From positions 1 to 33,954 of the IMG/VR virus record IMGVR_UViG_3300025635_000092: a stretch of 33,954 bases of DNA, one strand, 5' to 3'. The position numbers and the translations under genes are program-made. This stretch comes from a virus. Taxonomy: Duplodnaviria > Caudoviricetes. Numbering within the stretch: the first letter of the stretch is position 1; every line of letters starts with the position of its first letter. Positions 1-8,377 of this stretch are shown piece after piece. A model generated the notes under the pieces. The model saw only the letters and a program-made list of their open reading frames with translations, had not been told where the DNA came from and ran no database searches.

Positions 1-207
1 ATGCTCTCGGTGTCTGTCACCGGAGGATTCTTTCTCGTCCTACTGGCCCTCATGTTTATTGAGATGCCCACGGCTTCGCATGACGCCATGCTCATGCTGC
101 TAGGGGCGTTGGTCGCTGCACTCGGTTCTGTGATTCAATACTTTTTCGGCAGTTCCGCAGGTTCCGCGAACAAGGACAACAACAAACCAAAGGAGACTGT
201 ATCATGA
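1..207 (+). CDS. Holin-like membrane protein (may be 5'-truncated)
   Basis: Two hydrophobic helices followed by the QYFFGSSAGSANKD tail typical of phage holins; adjacent to a lipoprotein gene. Confidence 0.7.
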   Translation: MLSVSVTGGFFLVLLALMFIEMPTASHDAMLMLLGALVAALGSVIQYFFGSSAGSANKDNNKPKETVS

Positions 208-389
208 CCGGCTTATTGATTCTTGTGTTGACACTTTCGATGACCGGCTGTAGCACCTGGAAGCAGATCAAACAAGTGGTGCAAGATGTCCTGACGGTGC
301 CGGAGACAGTGGCGCAGGACGGTAAGGATGGAGCAAAGGCGGTGAAAGATGCCGTGACCGGCGAACCGACCACGGCCCCTGTCAAATAA
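204..389 (+). CDS. Small lipoprotein (lysis cassette, spanin-like)
   Basis: Signal peptide with lipobox LSMTG-C; ATGA overlap with the holin; SD AAGGAG upstream. Confidence 0.6.
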   Translation: MTGLLILVLTLSMTGCSTWKQIKQVVQDVLTVPETVAQDGKDGAKAVKDAVTGEPTTAPVK

Positions 390-400
390 CGACTATACTG

Positions 401-1207
401 TTAGTCATCGGAGCGCAACTCGGCTAGTCGTGCCTCCCACATGTCAAACTCCCTGCGGAGCAGACGAGTATTCGACATGATATCATTCATTCTCTGCTCC
501 GACTTCAATAGAAGCGCTTCCAGTTCGGCTATCCTCGCCTCCCGCTCCGTGAGGGTGGCCTGAAGCTCTTGCTGCTTGGCTATATGCTCCTGCACGGTTC
601 TATCTCTGTGCGTTACGTCAAGCTCCAACTCCTGCACCCGCGCCTGAAGCTTGGCATTGATCCCCCTGAATCGCTCATTCTCTGCCTGCACGATGTCGTG
701 CTGCCTCTTGCAGATATCCCGCTCCCTGGTCATGGCCGCGAGTTGCGCGACTAGGCGAACTGCGTCAGGCTGTGTGCCAAGCGCGATCCCTTCCCAGTGG
801 TAGCGTTCCATCTGCGCCTTGCCAAGTTCCCGCTTCACCCGCTCGATCTCCTTCCGCGTATATGCCACCCAGGCGTGCGCGGCCTCGGCTTTTTCCATCG
901 CGGCCACACGTTGCTGGTCAAGCTCCTGTGTGCGTGCAAAATGCTCAACAGCCTGCTGGCTGCTCAATGCTAGCGTTTTGGTCAGCCGCTCGATCTCCTG
1001 CGCCTGCTGGGCGAGGGCCTGGCGTTGGGCAGTGTCGTGGCCCAGTAATTCATCGGCCCACCTATCTCGATAAAGGTGGTAGTTCTCCCCACCGTACCAG
1101 TGTATGCGCGACTCTACCTGCTCCCTGCTCAACGCGCTGGGGGCGGGGCACGTACAAGGGCCACACTCAGGATCAACAATGGCTTTGCAATCTGCCTGGT
1201 GCTTCAC
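401..1207 (-). CDS. Coiled-coil hypothetical protein
   Basis: 268 aa ORF with heptad-rich helical stretches and an N-terminal Cys cluster; GTG start overlaps the upstream TGA. Confidence 0.65.
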   Translation of the reverse strand: MKHQADCKAIVDPECGPCTCPAPSALSREQVESRIHWYGGENYHLYRDRWADELLGHDTAQRQALAQQAQEIERLTKTLALSSQQAVEHFARTQELDQQRVAAMEKAEAAHAWVAYTRKEIERVKRELGKAQMERYHWEGIALGTQPDAVRLVAQLAAMTRERDICKRQHDIVQAENERFRGINAKLQARVQELELDVTHRDRTVQEHIAKQQELQATLTEREARIAELEALLLKSEQRMNDIMSNTRLLRREFDMWEARLAELRSDD

Positions 1208-1374
1208 GTTTTCCGTACCTCCAACACTTCACGAGTCACGCCTTGGTCTGTGCAGTATTCCGTATAGCCGCCAACCACCAACCGGATATATTCGACTTGT
1301 GCAATGACTAGCCGCCCGTTGTTATAGAACCGAATCCAATCCCCCACAGCTATCGCCACATCCTCACGCATCAT
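1204..1374 (-). CDS. Small hypothetical protein (MMREDVAIAVGDWIRFY...)
   Basis: 56 aa ORF read manually; SD GGAGG; stop/start coupling on both sides. Confidence 0.6.
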   Translation of the reverse strand: MMREDVAIAVGDWIRFYNNGRLVIAQVEYIRLVVGGYTEYCTDQGVTREVLEVRKT

Positions 1375-1538
1375 GCCTCCTTTGGTTGCTGCAACAGCGC
1401 CAACAACTGTTCCGCATCGTACACATCCATCACGACCCGCGTTCCGTGATGTTTTGCCACCGCCACCGCCTCCGCCAACTGTTGTACATAATGGGCCGGT
1501 CCCACCGGCTCACCCTCGACCACGATATACCGTTCCAT
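1371..1538 (-). CDS. Small hypothetical protein (MERYIVVEGEPVG...)
   Basis: 55 aa ORF read manually; SD AAGGAGG upstream. Confidence 0.6.
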   Translation of the reverse strand: MERYIVVEGEPVGPAHYVQQLAEAVAVAKHHGTRVVMDVYDAEQLLALLQQPKEA

Positions 1539-1553
1539 TCACGCCTCCTTCGG

Positions 1554-1658
1554 TCACAGGTTTCTGAGATGTCTTCTACATCTGCGATAATGCCTCACCC
1601 ATTCGGCCTGTACATTTCCTGTTTCAACGAACAATGTTAGCACGACTAAGATCCACAT
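1554..1658 (-). CDS. Very small hydrophobic protein (MWILVVLTLFVETG...)
   Basis: 34 aa ORF read manually; AAGGA upstream; fills the gap in the operon. Confidence 0.4.
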   Translation of the reverse strand: MWILVVLTLFVETGNVQAEWVRHYRRCRRHLRNL

Positions 1659-1670
1659 ACGTCATCCTTG

Positions 1671-1859
1671 TTACTCCACCGGACCGTGGACCGGTTGCCA
1701 TTCACCGTATGGCATAGGATGTTCCATAACCCCGTGGGACCAATAACACGGCACCCCATTGGCGTCACTAACCGGCAAATGAACGATAATAGGTTCGGAT
1801 TTATGGTCCCTTCTCCACCACCAATAACCCACCGTGTTCGGCCTCTCTTTGCTCCACAT
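1671..1859 (-). CDS. Small Trp-rich hypothetical protein
   Basis: MWSKERPNTVGYWWWRR; SD GGAGGT. Confidence 0.6.
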   Translation of the reverse strand: MWSKERPNTVGYWWWRRDHKSEPIIVHLPVSDANGVPCYWSHGVMEHPMPYGEWQPVHGPVE

Positions 1860-1872
1860 GCTCTACCTCCTG

Positions 1873-2223
1873 CTACGCTAATTCGCTCAACGCATGAACA
1901 ACAGCCCTGAAAATAAAATCTTTCGCTTGTTGTTCTTTTGGCAATTCGTGAAACGGCACCAAGCATGGGTGCTCTTTCAGGTCAGGATTCTTTACATCCC
2001 CATAGACCCACCCATCCTGAATTTTTTGTCTCATCCAACTTTCGTGCGAGGCTTGCGGTCCTGCATCAGGGTTTTCGATATGTAGATCCACACCAAGCGC
2101 AGCACTCACCCTCTGCCATTGCGGCGCATCTTCCCATGAAGGCTGACTCATATCGCCTAGTGCTTGGCAGTAGGCACGGTTGACCTCGTGGCACACTCTT
2201 GCGATTTCTTCTCTGTTTATCAT
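1873..2223 (-). CDS. RyR (ryanodine receptor repeat) domain protein
   Basis: HESWMRQKIQDGWVYGDVKNPDLKEHPCLVPFHELPKEQQAKD matches the RyR domain signature; SD AAGGAGG. Confidence 0.85.
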   Translation of the reverse strand: MINREEIARVCHEVNRAYCQALGDMSQPSWEDAPQWQRVSAALGVDLHIENPDAGPQASHESWMRQKIQDGWVYGDVKNPDLKEHPCLVPFHELPKEQQAKDFIFRAVVHALSELA

Positions 2224-2275
2224 CGTCGTCCTCCTTGGTTTGATTACTCCACCGCGCCGTGCTCATGAGGCCTCC

Positions 2276-2620
2276 CTAATCCTGCTTTAATCGTATCGTG
2301 CAATCATTGGACGATCCGCACTCAATCACCAGCGTCCCATCTGCATTGATGTTGATGCCGTTCTGGTCACGCTTCATCGTCACTCTAATTTTGCTCATAT
2401 ACCGCCCACGAGGCACCGAAAAGAACACCGTCTCGTCATCCTTCAAATAGCCGAACGCCTCACCCTTCAGTTCCCATCCCCATTTGACTTTCGTGGGCGT
2501 TGCGCCTTGCTGCGCGACCAATTCAGATTTCAGTCTGTCAACTTGTCGCCTCAGTCCCACAATTTCATCGCTGGCATATTTCGGCAACTTAGATAGCTGC
2601 TCGTCACTCGTTGGCTTCAT
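2276..2620 (-). CDS. Hypothetical protein
   Basis: 114 aa ORF, translationally coupled in the operon. Confidence 0.6.
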   Translation of the reverse strand: MKPTSDEQLSKLPKYASDEIVGLRRQVDRLKSELVAQQGATPTKVKWGWELKGEAFGYLKDDETVFFSVPRGRYMSKIRVTMKRDQNGININADGTLVIECGSSNDCTIRLKQD

Positions 2621-2946
2621 GCCCCCCCCTTCTCCTCCGGCCCCGCCTGGGCCTGGGCGCGAAAATAGTCTTCAAGCACCACGCAAGTTTTAGTCGCGTG
2701 CTTACTTGTTACAACATTGAAGTGGTGTTGCTTGACGTATTCATACGCCTCTTCCCACACCTTCCGCCGCTCGTCGGCCAGGGCTGCGTCGATCTTTTGC
2801 ACAAGACTGTCACGCCCACATGTGCATCCCTCTTGCCTACTGTCTGCACACCCATCAGGCGATAAGGGGCATGAGTACCAAGAATCGTCGCATTCATAGT
2901 GTCCACCAGCTATCTCTTCTGCCAGCGCTCGCGTGTCGGTCATCAT
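2617..2946 (-). CDS. Hypothetical protein with Cys cluster
   Basis: HYECDDSWYSCP...CTCG; SD GAGGAG before ATG 2946. Confidence 0.6.
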   Translation of the reverse strand: MMTDTRALAEEIAGGHYECDDSWYSCPLSPDGCADSRQEGCTCGRDSLVQKIDAALADERRKVWEEAYEYVKQHHFNVVTSKHATKTCVVLEDYFRAQAQAGPEEKGGA

Positions 2947-2953
2947 CGTCTCC

Positions 2954-3487
2954 TCAATCAATCACCGCCGTCATGATGCGCCGACCGTATTCTGCGATCA
3001 GTAACGCCTCGGCGCGGCCATCGTCCTTCACACGCTTCAGTGAGACGGACGGGAATAATGCCTGTGCGACTTCTCGGCTGGCGTTCTTATTCTTCTTGGC
3101 CTTTGCATTCTTCTCCATACCCCTGTCGGCCTTGGCCGTTAGCAGCCCAAACATCTTCTTCCACTCCTGCGGCCTGACTTCAGTGTAGTTCAGGCGTAGC
3201 GCGGCCAAGACGCCCATAATGACACCGCTAGAATGACCCAGTGAGTAGTTCGCAATCGCTCCCTTCATACCTGCCTGAGTACGCTCTAAAAATACCACGC
3301 TTTCTATTGGCCGGTACTTGTCCAGCAGCCTGTGCAGTTCAAGCGGATCAACATAGTGCCGGTCCTTCGCTTTCTTAGACAGGCTGGCTCGCTTAAGAAC
3401 TGGGAGCGGAACCGATGTGACCGTTCCGTTCGAGTAGATCGCCGCGACCGCACCTGTTACCCCTGGATCAATGCCAAGATAAATCAT
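2954..3487 (-). CDS. RuvC-like Holliday junction resolvase
   Basis: IYLGIDPG, VFLE, VRPQEWKK and DGRAEALLIA motifs. Confidence 0.85.
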   Translation of the reverse strand: MIYLGIDPGVTGAVAAIYSNGTVTSVPLPVLKRASLSKKAKDRHYVDPLELHRLLDKYRPIESVVFLERTQAGMKGAIANYSLGHSSGVIMGVLAALRLNYTEVRPQEWKKMFGLLTAKADRGMEKNAKAKKNKNASREVAQALFPSVSLKRVKDDGRAEALLIAEYGRRIMTAVID

Positions 3488-3756
3488 ATCGCCTCTTGCT
3501 TTCTGGCTCTTGCCCGTCGCTTTGACTCACGGCTCTGGTCGCGCATCCGTTGCGCCCGTTCGGCTCTGGTCAGTTCAGACCGTTCCCGCTTGCCCCAGCA
3601 CGATTCGCAGTAGCCCTCGATCACCGGCAGCGCAAAGCAATCCGTCCAGGCGCATTTGACGGTAATCAGCTTGAGGAACGGGTCGAATCCACATTGCACG
3701 CAACTCCATTGGCCGAATCGCTCCAACACAAGTCCATTGCATTTCTTGCAAGTCAT
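3484..3756 (-). CDS. Zinc-finger hypothetical protein
   Basis: CxxC pairs (CKKC, CVQC, CESC) and a basic C-terminal helix; SD AGGAGG. Confidence 0.6.
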   Translation of the reverse strand: MTCKKCNGLVLERFGQWSCVQCGFDPFLKLITVKCAWTDCFALPVIEGYCESCWGKRERSELTRAERAQRMRDQSRESKRRARARKQEAI

Positions 3757-3772
3757 GCGTCCTCCTTTTGGT

Positions 3773-3808
3773 GGGGTGGCCGACCGTCATCACTCAGCCA
3801 GCCACCCC
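3773..3808 (-). other. Intergenic GC-rich hairpin
   Basis: Minus-strand GGGGTGGCTGGC...GTCGGCCACCCC 12-bp stem just before an SD; no U-tract, so probably a stabilising or processing stem rather than a terminator. Confidence 0.45.
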
Positions 3809-3848
3809 GAAGCACCCCCACGGCCTCTTTCAGTGAACATGAGGGCGC

Positions 3849-4751
3849 TTATCTCGTCGGATCGTCAGCCCGTCGTTGATTCTCCTGCTCAATCGCTAGG
3901 CACGCCTCTTCCCATTCGGACATGTACTGCGAATTGGGGTCGGTGTGGATCTTGTTGGTGTAATACTGCATATACCAACTCAGTTGGGAGTCAGCCGCCG
4001 TACAAATCGACTTGCCTTTGCACTGTCCAAACTTGAAGGTGTAGGGCGCGGCAGAATCCTGCTGCTGCTCAGGCATGGATTCGTCAGTTCCGGTGGCTGA
4101 CGTACCTGAGGCAGGCTTACGAGCCTCCTGCCGCGCTGGTTCCTGCATCTCCTTCGCTAACTCCGCAATCTTCGCCTGCGCCGTCTGCTTGTTCGCCAGC
4201 ACCGGATGCGGCTGCGCTGGCAACTCTTGGTCGGCCTGCATCATCTCTTCATGCGTGTAGACACCACTCAGTTCCGCTGGGAACGCCTTCCGCAGGGCCA
4301 AGGCTTCGGCACACTTGCCCAACATCAGGAAAGGCATCTTCTTCCACATCGGACTCGACTCTTGGCAGTACTCTTTCCACCGCGCCGAGGCGCTGAACGG
4401 ACACCGCACGCCACCCACCATTTTATAGATCGTGACACTCGCCATATCCGGCCAGCCGTCTTCGGCAATCACATAGGTCGGCTCATCGCTCCCCGCATAC
4501 TGCCCTGTCCTATCTGCAATGAGTCGGTACCCATCAATGCCGGTCTGTATCGCCATGACTTGTTTGCCGGATGCCCGATCTGTGCGCTTAATGGCATAAA
4601 TCTGCTTCATCAGTGGGTCAAGGCCAGTGCGCTTGCACGCATGAAGGAACAACTCAAGCTCAAGATCTGTGGCCCCCTTTGCGACGGTCTGCTTAATCAG
4701 TTCGACTTTCTCTTGCCCTAAGTCTGTTGCAACGGCGACTTCGGTTGACAT
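3849..4751 (-). CDS. bet: Bet/RecT-family single-strand annealing recombinase
   Basis: [39 protein letters not shown] and [23 protein letters not shown] motifs; C-terminal FKFGQCKGK domain. Confidence 0.9.
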   Translation of the reverse strand: MSTEVAVATDLGQEKVELIKQTVAKGATDLELELFLHACKRTGLDPLMKQIYAIKRTDRASGKQVMAIQTGIDGYRLIADRTGQYAGSDEPTYVIAEDGWPDMASVTIYKMVGGVRCPFSASARWKEYCQESSPMWKKMPFLMLGKCAEALALRKAFPAELSGVYTHEEMMQADQELPAQPHPVLANKQTAQAKIAELAKEMQEPARQEARKPASGTSATGTDESMPEQQQDSAAPYTFKFGQCKGKSICTAADSQLSWYMQYYTNKIHTDPNSQYMSEWEEACLAIEQENQRRADDPTR

Positions 4752-4972
4752 GTGACGCTCCTTTTCTTCGGCACCAATTTGTAATTAAACCGCGTTTCTC
4801 GATAGCAAGGGATGCACAGCCTGACCGCCATGTATTCCTCTAAATCGGCTCCGCACTTCGTACAGAACGCCTCATCCCGCTGGCAGCATTCACAGAGGCC
4901 GCTCCAATGCCACGGCATGTCCACTTGACAGCCTCGACAGACGCTCGCTCCCGTCGCGCAGGGATAGCTCAT
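4718..4972 (-). CDS. Cys-rich zinc-finger protein
   Basis: Four CxxC pairs; coupled start. Confidence 0.55.
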   Translation of the reverse strand: MSYPCATGASVCRGCQVDMPWHWSGLCECCQRDEAFCTKCGADLEEYMAVRLCIPCYRETRFNYKLVPKKRSVTCQPKSPLQQT

Positions 4973-5313
4973 TTCCCAGCCCTCCGTTCCTCTCGCCATC
5001 GGTCCTGTTGTTCATCGTAGGCCCGATCTGCTGCTTCCTCATAGGCTCGCAGCTTTGCATCCACCTTACACCGCAAGCACCCTGATACAACATGGTCATC
5101 GCCACCGCAGTACAGGCAGGGGAGCGTATCGCTAAACTCCCTCTCAAACCGCTCCTCCAACGCCTCATACGCCTTGGGGCATTCATCTAACAGCATCTCC
5201 ACGATATCCACCCACTGAGCATCGCTGACCATCTTTGTGCCTTTGCTGTACTGCATCACATCGTCCAGTTTTTGCGCGATGCGGCCTATGGTGATCTGCG
5301 TTTCGGTCATCAT
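4969..5313 (-). CDS. Hypothetical protein
   Basis: MMTETQITIGR...; CLYC...CLRC motif; start overlaps the upstream stop. Confidence 0.55.
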   Translation of the reverse strand: MMTETQITIGRIAQKLDDVMQYSKGTKMVSDAQWVDIVEMLLDECPKAYEALEERFEREFSDTLPCLYCGGDDHVVSGCLRCKVDAKLRAYEEAADRAYDEQQDRWREERRAGK

Positions 5314-5441
5314 TATCCCCGTACCAACTTGATCGCACTTACGATAGATCCCGTAATGCCGACGATGATTAGCCACGACCCTGCCCATACCCAAAACGAT
5401 GAAAAGATGAACTGCATGATCTCCATGATCTCCTCCATCAT
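5313..5441 (-). CDS. Small membrane protein (MMEEIMEIMQFIFSSFWVWAGSWLIIVG...)
   Basis: 42 aa read manually; one TM helix; coupled on both sides. Confidence 0.5.
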   Translation of the reverse strand: MMEEIMEIMQFIFSSFWVWAGSWLIIVGITGSIVSAIKLVRG

Positions 5442-5659
5442 TCTGCATCCTCATAATCTTCGGCGTGGCGTGCCGTGTAGTGATGCGGCTGGGCCTGTAA
5501 CCGCTTCGCCGTCCTCAGTTCCACGCAGTAGTTCGCTATAATGTCCTTGCACAACTCTTCCACGCTATTCATGCGTCGGTCAGCTACCACCTTGAGCAGC
5601 ACCGCTTCGTCAGCGGGATAGATCGTGATGGTCTTCAGTCTGATGCGTGCTTGGTTCAT
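5438..5659 (-). CDS. Ribbon-helix-helix-like small protein
   Basis: Beta-strand LKTITIYP followed by two helices, as in the CopG/Arc pattern. Confidence 0.5.
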   Translation of the reverse strand: MNQARIRLKTITIYPADEAVLLKVVADRRMNSVEELCKDIIANYCVELRTAKRLQAQPHHYTARHAEDYEDAE

Positions 5660-5853
5660 TTTTTCTTCTCCGCATCCATCCGTCTTAGCAACGCCTTGGC
5701 TTTCAGTGTCCCTGCGGCCTTCGCTCGGCTTCGCTTGCCGGTCCCGTCAGGGTCGGCGGCGGCTCGCCACGCTGACAGCATGATTTCTTTTTTGCCCAGC
5801 CACTCAGATGTGATTCGCAGTTGTGGAAACTTGCCGGTTTCTGTGTTCATCAT
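5656..5853 (-). CDS. Basic hypothetical protein
   Basis: 65 aa, coupled ORF. Confidence 0.5.
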   Translation of the reverse strand: MMNTETGKFPQLRITSEWLGKKEIMLSAWRAAADPDGTGKRSRAKAAGTLKAKALLRRMDAEKKK

Positions 5854-5924
5854 TCCCCCCACATCAAGTCACAGCCAACCCAGACCGCCACGATCAACGC
5901 CGCGCCGATCAGATCCAGAATCAT
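5850..5924 (-). CDS. Tiny membrane peptide (MILDLIGAALIVAVWVGCDLMWGE)
   Basis: 24 aa read manually; ATGA overlaps at both ends. Confidence 0.45.
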   Translation of the reverse strand: MILDLIGAALIVAVWVGCDLMWGE

Positions 5925-6136
5925 GATAGCCCTCGCAGCAAGAGTGCCACCGCTGCCGCTCCCGTCGCCAAGCTCAAGCCCAACACAAACAACATTGCAA
6001 ACGCTCGCCATACCTGCTCGTACCACGGCACCACCCGCACGTTCGGTCGAGGGTGCAACGCACCGCCACGATCTGCTCGGCTTGCCAGATCCGCGAGAAA
6101 CGCATTCGTCACCTGTCGCACATGGGTTTGTCGCAT
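5921..6136 (-). CDS. Small protein with C-terminal TM helix
   Basis: AFAMLFVLGLSLATGAAAVALLL; SD AAGGAG. Confidence 0.55.
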   Translation of the reverse strand: MRQTHVRQVTNAFLADLASRADRGGALHPRPNVRVVPWYEQVWRAFAMLFVLGLSLATGAAAVALLLRGLS

Positions 6137-6393
6137 GATGCTCCTTTCATGTAGTGAATCAAGTCGCCTTTGCCCTCAATCGCCGCTTGATCGCTGCCCC
6201 GTACCCATGCCTCGCGGTAGATATACTGCTCGCCGATGTTCCACCGCGATTCATTGTAGGGATTCCCCCGAAACACATCGAGCAAGGCGGTTAGCTCGAT
6301 CTCATACCGCCGTCGTGTCTCCGGTGTACTCTGCCGCCCAAGAATCTCTGTCAGTAACTTGATGCTTTCCGCTAGTTGCATATTAGATCCCAT
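6109..6393 (-). CDS. Hypothetical protein
   Basis: 94 aa ORF with NPY...REAWVRG motif. Confidence 0.5.
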   Translation of the reverse strand: MGSNMQLAESIKLLTEILGRQSTPETRRRYEIELTALLDVFRGNPYNESRWNIGEQYIYREAWVRGSDQAAIEGKGDLIHYMKGASCDKPMCDR

Positions 6394-6661
6394 CCACTAA
6401 TCGTCGGTGTTGTACCGCCAGCTTCTTCAGGTTCATGCCCTGTGAATGCTCGCGGTAGTTATTGCATGGGCCACAGGCCAGCACGAGATTCCCTTGCCCG
6501 CTCCCTCCCCCATCCCGCCGTCTGATGATGTGATCGAAGGTCATGACGGTAATGGGGAACTTATTGCCGCAGTACTCGCACGCGCCCCGCTGCCGTTGGT
6601 AGAGCTTCAGCTTCAGCCGCCGTTTCCTGATCGAGTTCATCTGCATGGGCTTCGTCATCAT
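6383..6661 (-). CDS. HNH endonuclease
   Basis: CEYCG...TFDHII...GG...NLVLACGPCNN; start ATG 6661 is coupled to the upstream TGA. Confidence 0.85.
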   Translation of the reverse strand: MMTKPMQMNSIRKRRLKLKLYQRQRGACEYCGNKFPITVMTFDHIIRRRDGGGSGQGNLVLACGPCNNYREHSQGMNLKKLAVQHRRLVDGI

Positions 6662-6789
6662 TCCCCCAACAGGTCCAGGCACACCGCATTGCCGGACAGA
6701 TTCAGCACACAGGGCAGCATCGCAACCACCAGCAACGCCAACAACCCCACCAAGACCCACGCGCCCACTTCGATTAGCCAATCTTTCAT
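6658..6789 (-). CDS. Small membrane protein (MKDWLIEVGAWVLVGLLALLVVAMLP...)
   Basis: 43 aa read manually; SD GAGG; one TM helix. Confidence 0.55.
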   Translation of the reverse strand: MKDWLIEVGAWVLVGLLALLVVAMLPCVLNLSGNAVCLDLLGE

Positions 6790-7079
6790 GTTCGCCTCTT
6801 TTTCTCAGCCTTTTTCTTTTCCGCAAGGAGTTGGCGGTATAGATCAACTTCATATGCAGCTTGCATCCGCATCCAATACGCAGCACTTCCAAAGCCGTTA
6901 AATTCTAAGGCGATGGCCACCCGTGGAGAAATGCCGCGCCGCCCTTTGAGTAAATCGTGTGCGTATTGCAGCGAAATACCCATACACCGAGAGAATTGAA
7001 CTTGCGACCATCCCCGCTCTGATAGACCCTCAACAATCGAAAAGCTAGGATGAAATGTATTCGCTATCTTCCTTCCCAT
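6786..7079 (-). CDS. HigA-like XRE/HTH antitoxin-type DNA-binding protein
   Basis: HP...L..RGWSQ..F...MGIS......LLKGRRGISPRVAIALE...GSAAYWMRMQAAYEV is the HigA/VapI pattern; SD AGGAGG. Confidence 0.8.
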   Translation of the reverse strand: MGRKIANTFHPSFSIVEGLSERGWSQVQFSRCMGISLQYAHDLLKGRRGISPRVAIALEFNGFGSAAYWMRMQAAYEVDLYRQLLAEKKKAEKKRRT

Positions 7080-7101
7080 GTTCGCCTCCTATCCCATACC
7101 T

Positions 7102-7117
7102 AGCAATCCCGATGCCA
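7102..7117 (-). promoter_or_regulatory. Sigma54 (-24/-12) promoter
   Basis: Minus strand TGGCATCGGGATTGCT = GG-N10-GC, near consensus TGGCAC-N5-TTGCW, 23 bp upstream of the HigA-like ATG. Confidence 0.65.
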
Positions 7118-7201
7118 TACCGATACTTAACAATTTCGCCTACTTACGAATCTGACCACTCTGCCAAACCGCCACATTTTTTCTAATGTGCACAGTTGCC
7201 C

Positions 7202-7230
7202 TTGCATTATCGCCACAGCTTTCTTATATT
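7202..7230 (+). promoter_or_regulatory. Sigma70-type promoter for the plus-strand HNH gene
   Basis: TTGCAT-N17-TATATT, 16 bp before ATG 7247. Confidence 0.5.
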
Positions 7231-7246
7231 CTGCATTACCGCAACC

Positions 7247-7666
7247 ATGAAAACGCAAGAAGAAAAAGAGCGAGCTTTTGTTGCCCGCATGGAGCGATAC
7301 GAACGTGGAATAGAGCGAGATATTGCTGAACGACTGAAAAAATTGAGAGCAGAAAACGAAGCGAAATGTGAACGGTTCAGAAAAAATGGGCTGCCATACA
7401 GAAAGTCTCGATACCATAAAGGTCCTCGATTCCATGAATGGCCCTTGCATCGGCACCGCGTTCCACAATGGACGGCCCAGAATGGTCGCTGTCATTGGTG
7501 CTGCACAGACCTTAAGATAACCGGCTATCATATCGACCATGTATTCCCTCGCGTCCGTGGCGGTTCAGACGAGCCTGATAATCTGCGGTTCGCATGTCCT
7601 AAATGTAATTTATCCAAATGCGCCAAAATGCCGCTCGACTTCGTTTTATCACTTCTCACGAAGTAG
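7247..7666 (+). CDS. HNH endonuclease (opposite orientation to its operon)
   Basis: QNGRCHWC...YHIDHVFPRVRGGSDEPDNLRFACPKCNLSK; helical N-terminus. Confidence 0.85.
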   Translation: MKTQEEKERAFVARMERYERGIERDIAERLKKLRAENEAKCERFRKNGLPYRKSRYHKGPRFHEWPLHRHRVPQWTAQNGRCHWCCTDLKITGYHIDHVFPRVRGGSDEPDNLRFACPKCNLSKCAKMPLDFVLSLLTK

Positions 7667-7670
7667 CGCC

Positions 7671-7907
7671 TCACTCGCTGGCATGAATCTTGCCGTCATT
7701 CCCAGAAAGTTCTTTATCCGCTTCAGCAACAAACATATTCCACTCATGCAATTCACGGTTGCAGCAAGCCAGGCACATGTCACGATCTCTAACGGTAAAA
7801 ATTATTTTCATATCAACCACGTTTCCACATCGTTCACATCGCTTTTTGCGGATTGTCTCTTGCGGCATCCCCATATAACCCTCCCTGATGAATGGTATCC
7901 AGATCAT
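7671..7907 (-). CDS. Zinc-finger hypothetical protein
   Basis: CERC...CLAC; coupled start. Confidence 0.55.
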   Translation of the reverse strand: MIWIPFIREGYMGMPQETIRKKRCERCGNVVDMKIIFTVRDRDMCLACCNRELHEWNMFVAEADKELSGNDGKIHASE

Positions 7908-8377
7908 AAATTCGCCACATCGGGATACCGTTCGATGATCGCCCGTTGCTCATCCGGTCGCAGCGCATGAAGCTGATTCGCCAAGTGTACCCGCCGCTCG
8001 TCCTTCTCCTGCTCTGGCGCACAGCGTAACCCGCTGATCGTCTTGACGGTTTCCCATAGCTCGGCTCCGAACTCTTCTTTGTCGATATAGTCCGGTCCAT
8101 AGGCCACCGTCCCAATGCTCGGCTGCTTGGCCTTGGTATGACGCAAGGCTTCTTTGCACTCGCTGATGGAGGGCCACTTCTCGCCCGATGCCATCGTTTC
8201 ACACACTTCCACCCAGGCGGGAGGGTAGGCAAAGCTCAAGGCTTTGTAATACAACTCGGCTTGGATCTTAGCCGGTGATGGCTCAGAAGATATCGAATTC
8301 AGATCGCTTCGGTAGCTTCTGCCCCACGGTTGCGCCGTCAAGAGCATCCAGCCCCTCAAAAACTCCGGTCGATTCAT
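7904..8377 (-). CDS. Putative helicase loader / replication accessory protein
   Basis: Immediately downstream of the initiator; KWPSISE motif resembles the FPxxAE motif of phage loader/inhibitor proteins. Confidence 0.5.
   Translation of the reverse strand: MNRPEFLRGWMLLTAQPWGRSYRSDLNSISSEPSPAKIQAELYYKALSFAYPPAWVEVCETMASGEKWPSISECKEALRHTKAKQPSIGTVAYGPDYIDKEEFGAELWETVKTISGLRCAPEQEKDERRVHLANQLHALRPDEQRAIIERYPDVANL

Noticed and set aside
1671-2254. 11-bp repeat TTACTCCACCG at 1671 and 2244, flanking the RyR cassette
   Set aside because: 11-mers at this distance are expected by chance in 34 kb; no further support.
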